A DNA stretch of 63,416 nt, counting the filler, from Perkinsus chesapeaki ATCC PRA-425 (lineage: Eukaryota; Protista; Perkinsozoa), in the NCBI GenBank assembly GCA_013115145.1. It is 4 parts of 4 records of this genome, joined end to end, with 100 filler letters (N's around TTAATTAATTAA, not from the genome) between each part and the next. Parts side by side here need not be neighbours in the genome. Positions count along the whole stretch, not along the records: positions 31,820 to 60,273 come from JAAPAO010000471.1; 3 more parts are not named here. One strand, 5' to 3'. How positions within the stretch are numbered: position 1 is the first letter of the stretch; every line of letters begins with the position of its first letter. The position numbers and the translations under genes are program-made. Shown here piece after piece: positions 38,101 to 50,100 of the stretch. The notes below the pieces were generated by a model. The model worked only from the letters and a program-made list of their open reading frames with translations, made no database searches and was not told where the DNA came from.

Positions 38101-41100
38101 GCTGTAGGTTTTGATAAATCTGCGGAGGAGTCACGCGCCTCGCCTGTCAGGTATCCTGGCCTACCTCTGGACAGCGAGATTTCGTACACCACATTTTACA
38201 ACTATCATGCTTACGTATCAAAGAAAATGGGTAAGTTGAGAACGCGTTCTTTCTTTGTAGTGTGGAGAGATGGTGGAAATTTCATCATTTTTTCCGGAAA
38301 AATCGATGGAAATTTCGGAATGATTATCGAATGCACGTTTCCAGTCCAAGGAACTGTGAAATTCAGGAGGTTTTAGGTTAGAAAAGTTCCGAGGTCGGCT
38401 AGGGCTTCTCTGTCACTGGGAGAGATGCTGATGAAGATTTGTGAAAAAGTCGGTATGAAAGTTTGGATTTAGGTGTACTTGAAGGGGACAGAGATGTCGC
38501 CATTCATTACAAGTATTTGGTGGACAAGGCAAAGCATATGCGAAAAGGAAAACGATTCCAAAAAACGTAAGTTATATTCTTTTTCTTATGTCGCTTGTTT
38601 TTGTTGGTTTTCTCACTTCGCCGAGGTCTTTGGTGATGCGCTTATTCAGTTATCCGATTTCCTAGCGATTTTGGATTCGAGGAATGAAAAACGGCCAAAA
38701 ATATCAGAATCAAGTCACTTAGGACCACCAAAATTTCGCAGTTTTTTCCCTGATCTGCGCAACCACATTGCCGCCAGCAGTTTCCTATCTATACCGTTCT
38801 TCAGGTATGACTTGTTCATATGTCACGATCGCTCAAAAGAAGGCACTTCGATGGCTCTGGATCTGCTCAAGAGTATCCGAGATCACACGCCGAATGTAGG
38901 GAATGTCTTATAATGAAATTAAGATGTCATGATGAAACTAGTGTGATGAATCTTGGAATTGAAGAGTCTGCGAGAAAAAATTCTCATTTGGGGTCTTCCG
39001 GTTTTTTCGGCCAAATTTTTCCCCCAGGTCCGCACCATGCTTTGTATCGACGCTGTGGCTGAAAAAGAGAAAGAAAAGGATGCCAAGAAGAAGGATAACA
39101 AGAAGGATGGTGGAGGAGGAGGACCTCACAAGGGGGACCCTATGACTGGTGAGAAAATACGTTTTTTCAAGACGTATGATGTTTGAATGAAATCGATCGC
39201 GCGATCGATTTAGTCGTATGCCTGTATTTTTTGTTCTTCAGCTCCCAGCAAGAGCGCCGAGAGTTTGAATGTTGTCGTTATTTTGACTCCGAACGTTTTC
39301 GAGAATCCACAAGTCCAGAAGGACCTTCTCGAGGCCACCGAGGCTGGAAGCAGTATCGTGTTGCTCAGCGATGTCACCACAACTGCTGAGATGCTCAGTG
39401 AAATTAAGAAGGCGCCGGAAAATATCAAACCGGCTCTGTCAAGGTGAGGGGGAAAATTTGGTAATATTTTTCACTTTCCAAATTTTTCGTATTTTTTCCG
39501 TGGTCTGGATTTTCCGGCGGAAAATTATTTTCGCGAGTTCCCCCATCATTCTTCTGTAACTATTGGTTTTGGTGGATTTATCGAAGCGCGGGACGTAACG
39601 GCGGAGCAAATCGATTCTCAATTGAAGACGTCTTTTATGATTGCCACTTTCAGACCTAATTGTGTAGCCTACTGGAAGCACTGTGATGCTGCATGTTCGG
39701 TGGATCTCTTAAGTCTGCTCACCTTCCCGGACTGGAGGCCCCAGGCGGCAAGATCGACTATTCTGGCGGTGCAGGGTTTTAGTCCGTTGGTGAGATATTT
39801 GTTCCAGAATTGTGACGAGGATGAGGAGGTGAGACTGGTCCAGCAGCAGCAGAGTTGTAGGGGTGTAGACTGTAAGGAGTTTGAAACGTGCCAGTGGCAA
39901 AAAGAATCTAGTGAGAAGTACGAAGTGTTTACGGAACGAGTTTGAACAACTAGTATCGGAGTTGTTCTTACGCTTTGAGTATCGTCCTTCAATCCTGCCG
40001 AGCTTGGCTCTCGCCGCCGAATAACGATTATTTTTTGCGTCTCTAATGCAGGAGAGTCGATACTTTTGCCCTCCTTGCCCAGTATTCAGCTTTTCACGTC
40101 TTCTATTTCGATTTTTCATATGGGAAATTATATTAATGCGAATAGGTTTTTATTCATGGCTCACAGTTTCCCAGCGCGATTCCCATCCCCCACTTCTTCC
40201 TTGAGATTCACTGTGTTTTCAGACCGCTATTGCTTTCCGGTGCTTGGCCAACTGCACAAGCCCGTCCACTCTAAATGGCGCCAGAGTCAGAAAATCGTTT
40301 GCTCGCGAAGGTGGCATCGACATCCTCGCCGAGAAGTTCCAGCAGTTCATGAGCGTGCCGGCCGTGGCGGAGAACGCCTGCCGAGCGGTGGCCAATTTGG
40401 CGCAAGATGTTGAGATTTGTCGGAAGCTTGCCGAGGCGCGAGTAGTTAATATGGTGGTGGAATGCATGAGCAGTCATACGGATGCGGCACTGCTACAGGT
40501 GAGTTACGGGGATTTAGTAGTTGCCCTTGGATGAGGGACGGGAGAGTCCAAAGGTTTGAATAATAGTGAATTGGTGTAATTAAACGTAGTCGAGTCGCTG
40601 GTGTAGAAATACCGCTTTTATACGTGTAGGAAATTAGTCGATCAAGACTGACGATTTCAGCCAGAAAGGGCCGAGGTTTTTATGAGATGTCTTCGTGGCG
40701 AGAAGTAAAAGATATTTCGTAAAATCCCGAAAATTTCGTGGATCTGGTATTTTCGTGTGAGATTTTCCCGTAGAGTTTGTTTGGCAGTCTGTCGGGACGC
40801 ACGAGATTGAGACAATTCTCTCGCATAGCCTACCGCGTCGGTATATATAAGGATGTTGGGTTCAGGGGGAAGCGTCACGCGCCCTGAATAACTTGGGCCA
40901 AGAGGAGGTTGCCAAGCTTCGCATCACAGAGTTGTCCGGATTCCAAGCCGTCTTGCAAAGTCAGAAAAAGTTCGAATACGAACCTGAGTTCTGGGATGGA
41001 CGGTAGGCGTGAAAAGGAAAAACTGATAAACAAAAAACGTTTCGCTCCGCCTTTTCAGGTTTGCTATGAAGCGCTTGAAGGTTGACGATGTGGTGATGGT

Positions 41101-44100
41101 GAACTACCGCGGTAAGGGAAGATGGTGCAGCGGCAAAGTCCAGGAAAGTTACGCTAATGGGACGTATGATATTACCTATGCACACGGTGGAATGGACAAG
41201 AAGGTGCCGGCGCACTGGGTTAGGCCGAAGGATGAAAGCGATGCTGTGATGGAATTATGTGGCGTGTGGGAATGGAAACCGACGGGGAAGGTTACGGAGG
41301 ACGAGCTGATATTGAAGGCGGACGGGATGTGCAGTCTTCGATCGGGTGCTGTGGGTACGTGGAATCTTGCGCAGCCGAAAGAAGGAAGAACTCGAACTGC
41401 TATTAAGTTGAATATAGGGAAGAGTATGATCGAAATGGAGAGGATATCCTTGACGACTTTGAGGAGCACGACAACGAGCGAACGGGCGCTGCTGAAAAAT
41501 GAGTTTCCGGAGTGTGTGTATACGGAGTACTTTGGATTCGGTGATGTTAGTGTCGGAGAGAGAATGCCGAGCTTGACGGCGTTGAGGCCAGATCATGTTT
41601 GTGTGGAGCAGGAGATCTGCAAGAGCGTCGATGGCTGGGCGCATTTGCCGGAAAAACTGCGGCAAAATGTTGCGGTGCGATGGTCAGGATTTTTGGTGGT
41701 GGGGAAGATGGGCAAGTATACATTCACGTTAGATAGCGGCGGACCGTCGTTGGTATTTGTTAACGATAAATTGGTGGTCGAAAATACGGAGGAAAATTCT
41801 AGCGGAGCGATGCAGTTGATGCCAGGAAATCACAGGATAGACGCCCAGTAAGTGGAATTTCAGGGCGCGCTGATTCGCAGGATCGGATTGCTACGGTTAT
41901 GTTACTTGTACAAGATGGCTGATGGACTTTCTGGACAGCAGAAACGCCCTCAGCTGTTTGCTTTATCAGATTCTTCTCGGCATCGGAAGGTCCTCAAAGC
42001 TACTTGAATCTACTCTATTCCGGTCCCGATACGGGGGATGAGCAGATGAAGGTGCCAGCGGCGGTCCTGCAGCATTCGGTTGAGCAATCGGAGGTAAGGA
42101 GGGCAGAAAATATTACTCTGTGCGAATGATAACGACAGTACGTGGAAAGGCAATCTACGTGGGTTTAATCTTTTTGAGGACCTATTCCCTGACCAGCTTG
42201 AAGTAAAAGTGCGGTATATTAATAAAGTCTCGTTGCGAACGGGATCTGCATCTGCAGGCTGTAAGAGTTAGCTGCGTTCTTGTACTGTAAGTTGTCCATT
42301 AGCCTTGTGCAAGGGACAACTTATAGTCCACAGGAAGTGAGATACAACCGGATGCCCTGCATGCGTCCACAGTTCTGTACGCACGCCCTTTGTTTATGCG
42401 TGTAAGGGGTAGTAACCCGACATAAGTCTCCACACATTGGTGTGAGAGGTAGGTATTGTCTACTCATCTCGACTCTTAATCTCAAGACTTCCCTTGCGTT
42501 ACTTTGGTAACGGGGCAACCAAAAAATGGTAGAAATGATGGTATCATTTTCGGGTCCATTCTTCTTGCCTGCCACAGCCTCGAAAGGCGTTTCTGAATGG
42601 TGTGGCTTATTGTGCACCTCATCAGGTAGCATACACGTTTGGTTGGAAAAGCGCTCTTACGTTCCAACCTTTTGCATGTGTCTGTCGTATGTCTGATTTT
42701 TTCTATGAAGATGCTCGAAATTCGATCATCTATTTCCGGGGTTTCAGGTTGTCAAGAAACCCGGGTTTCTGGGAGAGTACTTTTCTGAGGATCTTGGCGG
42801 TCGAATTCCCGAAGGAAAGTACCCTGATGTTGTCCGGGTCGAGAAGCAGCTGGATTTCGAGGCGACCTCGGAGGCTTGGGAGAATCTTCCAGCGCGGTTC
42901 AGTAAATCCTTCGCAGCGCGTTTCACGACGTATCTTAGCTTGAAGTGCGGAGGAAGGAAAAAAGCGAAGTAGGCGAAATCGGCTCTCGGTTATTCCGATA
43001 CTTCGATTTAGGTATTCGTTTGCTGTCGACTCCAACAAATGCGCGAAGGTCTACCTGGATGGCAAACTCGTCATTGAAGAGGACGCTTCTTTCGAGGTGG
43101 AGTTGTCCTCTGGTCCACACAAAATGCAGGTTGAGTATTTTTGTGGCGCGTCGGAGGCAGCTCACGCGCTGACGCTCAAGTTTTCGGGACCGGAAACGAT
43201 TCCGCCGGGAACCGAGGACGATTCGGAAACGGCCAAGAATCCACCGATGGTCAGCTTGCCAGCCGAAATTTGCTCTTACTATCTTCGACCGACCGTCGCG
43301 CTCCCTCGTGGTGACCCTCTCGAAGCTCACGAGAAGTCGGTGCCATTTGTTGGGTGCAGTGATGAGGTGACGATGGTGTCTGCGGGCGCTGATGGGAAAA
43401 TCTGCGTCTGGGATTTGCCAACTTCTGCGGTGAAATCGACGATCGATGTCGGGCAACCGATCACCTGTGGGCGACTGAGCGCATCCGGAAGATTCCTCGC
43501 AGTTGGTTTGGAGGACGGCAGCATTTCGCAGTGGGAAGTGGCGTCGGCTAGGCAGCACGGGAGCCCGATGTTTGGCCACAGTGGCGAGGTGAACTCGGTT
43601 ACGTATTGCGCCGAGGATAAGAAAATATTGTCGGTCGGACACGATTTGTCTGTTCGAATTTGGGAGGCAGAAAGTTGCGAAGAGCTGGCGAATCTGGCGG
43701 CCAATCCTCACAATCGGATCGGTGATGCGATCGAACAGTCGTGGGCGGATTGCTCGGCGGCTTATGATGACAAGATGGTGGTCACCGGAGGGAAGGACGG
43801 CTGCATTCGATTCTGGGATACGGAAAAATTGGACACCTTGCGAGGACCGGAGAAGGTGATGCCGTTGCCTGAGGAGCCTGAAGATGGATGGGGTGAAGAG
43901 GGCCCGCCGGAGCCGGAGAGGATTCCGGGCGAACCGATACTGATCGAAGGTAGACTGGGGATTTCGTGCTTACTATTGCTTCAGAAGTCTCTGCTGTTTC
44001 ATAATGTTGAGGCTCTCTAGTAATACAGTAATTATATTTGAGAGCAGCATATGATTACCGGCCGTTGTTCTCTACTCTCATTTCCCCCCCCCATCTTGGG

Positions 44101-47100
44101 ACCTCTGTGACACTGCCTGTGAATATCAACATTCTGTCGAAAAGGCCGGTGGATGCTATATAATACAGGTTCAGAAAATAAACCAGAACTTTCCTAAAGT
44201 GTGCAGGACAATTTTCATTATCGATATCGCATCGGGGCGAGGTGCATTCGTGCGATTGTCGTTCATTCGGGGATCTTCGCTTTCTCTTTCAGGCCACCCC
44301 CACAAGAGGGTCACCTGCGTAGCTCTGTGTCCAGTGAAAGGCAGTAACCTTCTGGCAACTGCGAGCTCGGACGCTACCATTAAGATTTGGGATTTGAAGG
44401 ACCACTCTCTGCACATAAAGCCGATACAGTGTCTCAGCAATGTCGTGGTAAGCATTGAAACGAAGAAATGGAAGTCGCTGGGGAGGCTCTAGCTCGTGCG
44501 GCATTTTAGAGTTGGTCACCGAATGGAGCCACGCTTGTGTCGGCGAATGAGGACGTGCTCGTGCAGCTGTTTAGTGCAGTTTCGGGGAAGCCTAGATCGG
44601 AGCCGATGCCAGGGTGAGCCCGCGGGGGTCTGGAGAGGGCTGTGGTGATGGTGGCTGGGCATCAGGCACATCGCGTCGATGAGGATGGCAGCATGGACAC
44701 CTCAAGGGCAGTGCTTGGCGACCTGCAGTGACGACGGAACGATCAGACTGTGGCATTTTACAGTCAACCGGAACATCGCCGAGATCGCTGTTCTTGAGGG
44801 GGAGGAGGGAGTCTTCCAGGAAGACATGAAAAAGTGGCAGAAGGTGAGAAGGCACTGGAAGCTCCTGTCCCGTGCAAGAGTTGGTATTTATTTCTATTAT
44901 TTTCGAAGCCCGTCAGCAGTCGAAGAGCTGCAAACTGTGGTGCTTCGGTTGAGGCTCCTCGAGAGGCTAATTTGCTTCTCTCGCGCACCACTTCATCTCG
45001 CGCGAGCTACGCAAAGTTGGAACGTTTTTTGCCATAGACGACTTGTGGTTCGACTTTTAATTGCCCTTAGGACGCGCCTTGTGTGTGAGCAATTGATTGG
45101 TGCCACTCGCATCGGTTTTAGACCTTCCGATCGAGCTGATACTGCCCACGCAGGAGTGAAACTAGCAGGGTCGGATTAAACATAGTTGCCGGAAATATAA
45201 CTTTTGATAGCCTAGTCGATTGCACCGCTGATCGGCATAAATCTTTGTGATTAGATTCTGGATCACATCCGTCACGAATGTCATGACTACAGTAAAGGAG
45301 CTTCGGAATACGAAAAGAATGTGGAGTACTTACGGGCCTCCCTGGACAAGGGAGTTGATCTGGTGAAGTCATACCGAGCTCGAGCGTCACTCTTGGGGCT
45401 CACCCCGACGGACTACTGGGACCTTGATGGTATGATCGATGACTATGCCAGTTATTACAAGTAAGCAGGCGGAGCGAAGCGATTTTTGTTGTGCATTTTT
45501 CGAGTGTAGATTGTGGAATACGGTAATAAGCTTCCAGAAGAGCCAGATTAAGTGGCAGCAAGATCCGATGAAATCCATCAACGCTGAGCAGGTGGAGCAA
45601 CTCCTCGATTCTTGGTTCAAGGAATGTTACAAAATGATCAAAGGCTTTGATAACAACAACACGAGGATGGTGAGCGGGAAAAACGAGGAAAAAAATTTTT
45701 GATTCTGGCTCGGTTTTTGTAATGGTGAAGTTTTCCAAGTCGACGTTTCTTCGCCTTATGTTTGCGAAATAGTTCACTTTCAAAAACGCAATGACTACCG
45801 TATAACAAAGAGTAGGACGATCGAAGGACACATCGCTCTTGCCGGTTCAAGAGGCCCCGCGTAGCTTCATGAAAAAGTGCGTGATGAATTTTTTCTTTCA
45901 ATAATTCTCAGGCGCAAAAAGTGGCTAAGGACTTGAAGTCTGGCATCGACGAGTTCAGGGTGAAGTTCCCGTTTTTGAGGGCCTTCTGCGTCGAGGCTAT
46001 CCTTCCGCGTCATTGGGACGAGCTATTCGCGAAAATGAAGATCCAGCCGTTTGCGGACTACAACGACATTCGAATGCAGCAAATGTTGGACAAGGGCGTC
46101 CTCAATTTTGCAGAAAGTTTCGAGGAGATCTCGGCCGCAGCGCAAAAGGAGCACTCGTTGAAGAAGGCCATGGCCGGCATGAAGCGCGACTGGGAGCCTT
46201 TGGAGTTCACCACAACACTCTACAAGGAAACGGGCTGCCCCATTCTGAAGGGCATCGATGAGATTCAGGCGGTCTTGGACGACCACATTGTCAAGACGCA
46301 AGCTATTCGGTCGTCTCCGTTCTGCAAGCCTTTCGAGCAGGAAGTGCTCGAGTGGGAGGCGACTTTGCTTTATTTGCAAGATTTTGTGGACGAGTGTTTG
46401 GCAGTGCAACGGACCTGGATGCAGCTGGAGCCGATCTTCCTGTCGGATGATATCAAGCGTCAATTGCCAGATGAGAGCAGCGGATTTGCGACGATTGATG
46501 TTACGTTCCGATCGAGGATGAAGCAAGTCGAGGGAAGTCCAGGCTGTCTGGGAGTTGCGGCTGCGGGGGGAATTGTGGAGGACTTCAAGGACGCCAATGA
46601 GAAGTTGGAGAAGATCCAAAAGGGATTGAAGGACTATCTTGAAACTAAAAGACTTTACTTCCCAAGGTGAGTCTGTTGGAAAAATTCCCCATTTCTGGAT
46701 GAGTAATAATACTGCAGCAGCTCCAGTGGGGCTTCACGGTCGTCCATGAGGATTCATTGATCCTTTTCCAGCGTATTCTTCGAACTAATGAGGGGTCCTA
46801 TCTTTCTATATTGTTGCAATTACTTCCTCTCTCTCGCCTGAGTAAACGTTCAGCGTTACTCCCGGCTGCTATCAGATTCTTCTTCCTCAACGATGCCGAT
46901 TTGCTGTCTATCCTGGCCGAGACTAAGGACCCGACACTTGTCCAGCCACACATGGGCAAAGCGTTCGAAGGCATCGCCTCGGTCCGGTTTAACGAAACTG
47001 CCACCATCATTAATGCGATGATCAGCGCCGAAGGAGAGAGCGTAGATTTCGTTAACAATGTCGATGTTGACTGTCCTGAAAATAAAGGAAATGTCGAGAA

Positions 47101-50100
47101 GTGGTTGGTGGAGGTGGAAAAGGCGATGATTGATTCCCTGACAAATGTGATATCAAGGAGCAACAAGGATTATGCATGCAAGCCTCGAACGGCCTGGTGC
47201 ATCGACTACCCGGGGCAGGTGGTGCTGGCAACCGATTGCATTTATTGGACTAAAGAAGTAACGGAGGCCCTCAATGGGAAGAGAGTTGCCGACTACGAGA
47301 AAAAGTTGAATCAGCAATTGCTGGATATTGTACAGCTTGTCCGAGGGGATCTTTCCAAGCTTGCCAGAGTCACGTTGGGTGCGATGGTCACCATTGACGT
47401 CCACGCTAGAGATGTCGTGAGCGATCTTGTTAAGAATAACGTCGAGTCTGCGGACGAGTTTGATTGGCTTAGTCAACTGCGGTACTATTGGAAGGAGCCT
47501 AATAGCTTTAAAAGGCTTGATACTGGTGAGATGAATGGCAAGGAGGAGTGTCAAGTCTCCATTGTGAATTCAACTCTGCTGTACGGATTCGAGTATCTCG
47601 GTAACACGCCGAGGCTCGTCATCACACCTCTGACGGATCGGTGCTATCGAACTTTGATGGGCGCGTTCGCACTGTATTATGGTGGAGCACCAGAAGGACC
47701 GGCTGGAACAGGGAAGACCGAGTCGACTAAGGATCTGGCGAAGGCGTTGGCGATACAGTGTGTGGTCTTCAACTGCTCTGATGGTATGGACTATATGCAG
47801 ATGGCTAAGTTCTTTAAAGGTAGGATCATTGATAATTTCAGAGAAGTTGAGGAATTAGTATTTTTCGAAAACCGCTATCAAGTAGATAAGAGGGACCCTT
47901 GACTTAAGGGCCCTGAGTGTATTTCCTAAAATGCAATTGTGAGAGACTTGGTATAATGAAAACTAGCTCGCAAAAAAACCGATGAACAAAAGGACAACTG
48001 CAGGCTTGTTGTTTTTCTGATGGAGTGGCGTGCAGGTCTGGCAAGTTCCGGTGCTTGGTGCTGCTTTGATGAGTTCAATCGTATCAACTTGGAGGTGCTG
48101 TCCGTCATTGCCCAGCAAATCCAGTGTATTTCGCTGGCCATCAAACAAAAGGCAAAAACCTTTATTTTCGAGGGTACAGAGATCAGGTGGGCATCATCTG
48201 CTCTGTGACCGCTGCGCCACGAAATTATGTCAGGCTTATTCCGTCGTGTGCTGTGAACATCACCATGAACCCGGGGTATGCTGGTCGATCGGAGCTGCCG
48301 GACAACCTGAAGGCTCTGTTCCGTCCATGCGCGATGATGGTTCCAAATTACGCATTGATTGCCGAAATCACCCTCTACTCATTTGGGTGAGTGATTTGGG
48401 GAAAGTGTGGTATGAAAGAACCGGGGGATGTTATCGGTCATTCGGCCTCGGGGCTGCTCTCTTTTCAAACGTTTTAAGCTCTAAGCCTCTCTCGGGGCCG
48501 GCTACATCTGTTCTACTTGCTTACTCGCAGCTTGAATTTGGTACTGTATGGTCGATGAGGGAGTGTCTTGTTCGGGTTGAAGAAGTTTTTGAATTCTCGA
48601 AAAACTAGTGAAACGCAATCTACAAATACCTGTTAATATCTTCTTCATTTCCGACCATAATAATTTAAAGGTCGTAGATCATTCAAGAAGTGAGATGGGA
48701 ATTCTGCGGGCCGCGTCAACGTTTTCAGCATCGTATTGCTTTCACCAGGTACGAGGATGCCAGGCGTATCGGCGTGAAGGCCACCCAAGCGTTGAAGCTT
48801 TCGTCTGAGCAGCTCTCCGCTCAGGATCACTACGACTTTGGTATGCGTGGTTTGAAGTCTCTTCTGGTGGCCGCAGGAGCGCTGAAAATGAAATACGGCG
48901 ACCAGTATCCAGAGGACGTCATTTCGTTGCGAGCATTCACGGACGTTAATTTGCCCAAGTTCACGAGCGCTGATATCCCCCTCTTCAAAGGCATCATCGG
49001 TGACTTGTTTCCGGGGGTGCATCTGCCACCGAGCGACTATGGCCCTCTTATCGCACAGGCAAGGTTTGGGGATAAGGTGCCTTAGCTGTATTTGATGCAT
49101 ATTTCCTTTTAATAAATCATTTAGCATATATACTAGTCTACCTGCTGAGGAAAGAACCTTCTGAGGGAAAACTCCGGCGGCTCTTCGCGATTAGTAGAGG
49201 ACCGACTAGAGGCTCGATTGGCTGTTCAACGTTTGGAATTGAGTGACGAACGGGTCGTCGTTGTTTTTAATGTTTTGGCATTTTCCTTTACATTTGGCTG
49301 ATATCATTTTCGCCTAGCCACTTGCGTTGCCGCTAGGAAGGAACGTATCTTTTATGTAGCGAGGTTGAAGCGCGCAAGATGCACCGAAAGTCAACTTTTT
49401 ATTGTCTCAGGTAGAGGCATGTGCAGTTGCTAAGAAACTTCAACCGACGAACGAGTTCACGAATAAAGTTATTCAGCTCTGGGAGACTGTCATGGTCCGT
49501 CACGGTCTCATGACTGTCGGACTGCCACCGTGCGGTAAGATGGCCTTCGAATGCGTGAAATTGAGGAGTTACGAACTTCTTCGAGGAAATACTTTGCTGG
49601 TGGGAAGATTTATTAATAGTGCGGAGGAGATATGATAGAAAATATGTTTATATTTTGCGAAACGAAAAAAGGGTAAATAGTGGAGGGTAGACTGTTAGTC
49701 TAGAGAGTCTAGTTTCGGAGAGGAACTCGCTGAGATGTGATTCTATCTACTCTTCAACTTTACTGATATTGAAATATTAATGCGAAATTAAATTGGAATT
49801 TGGCAGGTAAGACAATGGTGAAGGACGTCCTCGCGGACACGCTCGCTGCTGTTGCTGACGGTGGTGACATGTTCATGCCGGTCACTCAACACATTATGAA
49901 TCCAAAATCGATCACACAAGGGCAACTTTACGGCGAGGCCGATCTGAATACGCAAGAGTGGACGGACGGCGTTCTCGCTATAGCGGTGCGCGCGGCGAGC
50001 AAAGGGCCGCCAGACACGCGTCAGTGGGTCGTTCTGGACGGACCGGTCGACGCCATTTGGATTGAAAATATGAACACCGTGCTGGATGATAATAAAAAGC

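Noticed and set aside
41059-41085. Apparent stop after the ARM exon (LLQ|VCYEALEG*) that would separate the TIR/ARM gene from PA14/WD40/dynein
   Set aside because: The intervening exon 40866-41002 ([15 protein letters not shown]) changes phase to 2 and joins the Tudor/PA14 frame without a stop
42321-42632. 103-aa antisense ORF in a long dynein intron
   Set aside because: No transposase or other motif recognised; insufficient support
42935-43711. Long antisense ORFs over coding exons (e.g. 42935-43711, 46023-46619, 50601-51383, 54877-55719, 33240-34019, 33622-34188)
   Set aside because: Shadow frames of real exons with no recognisable motifs
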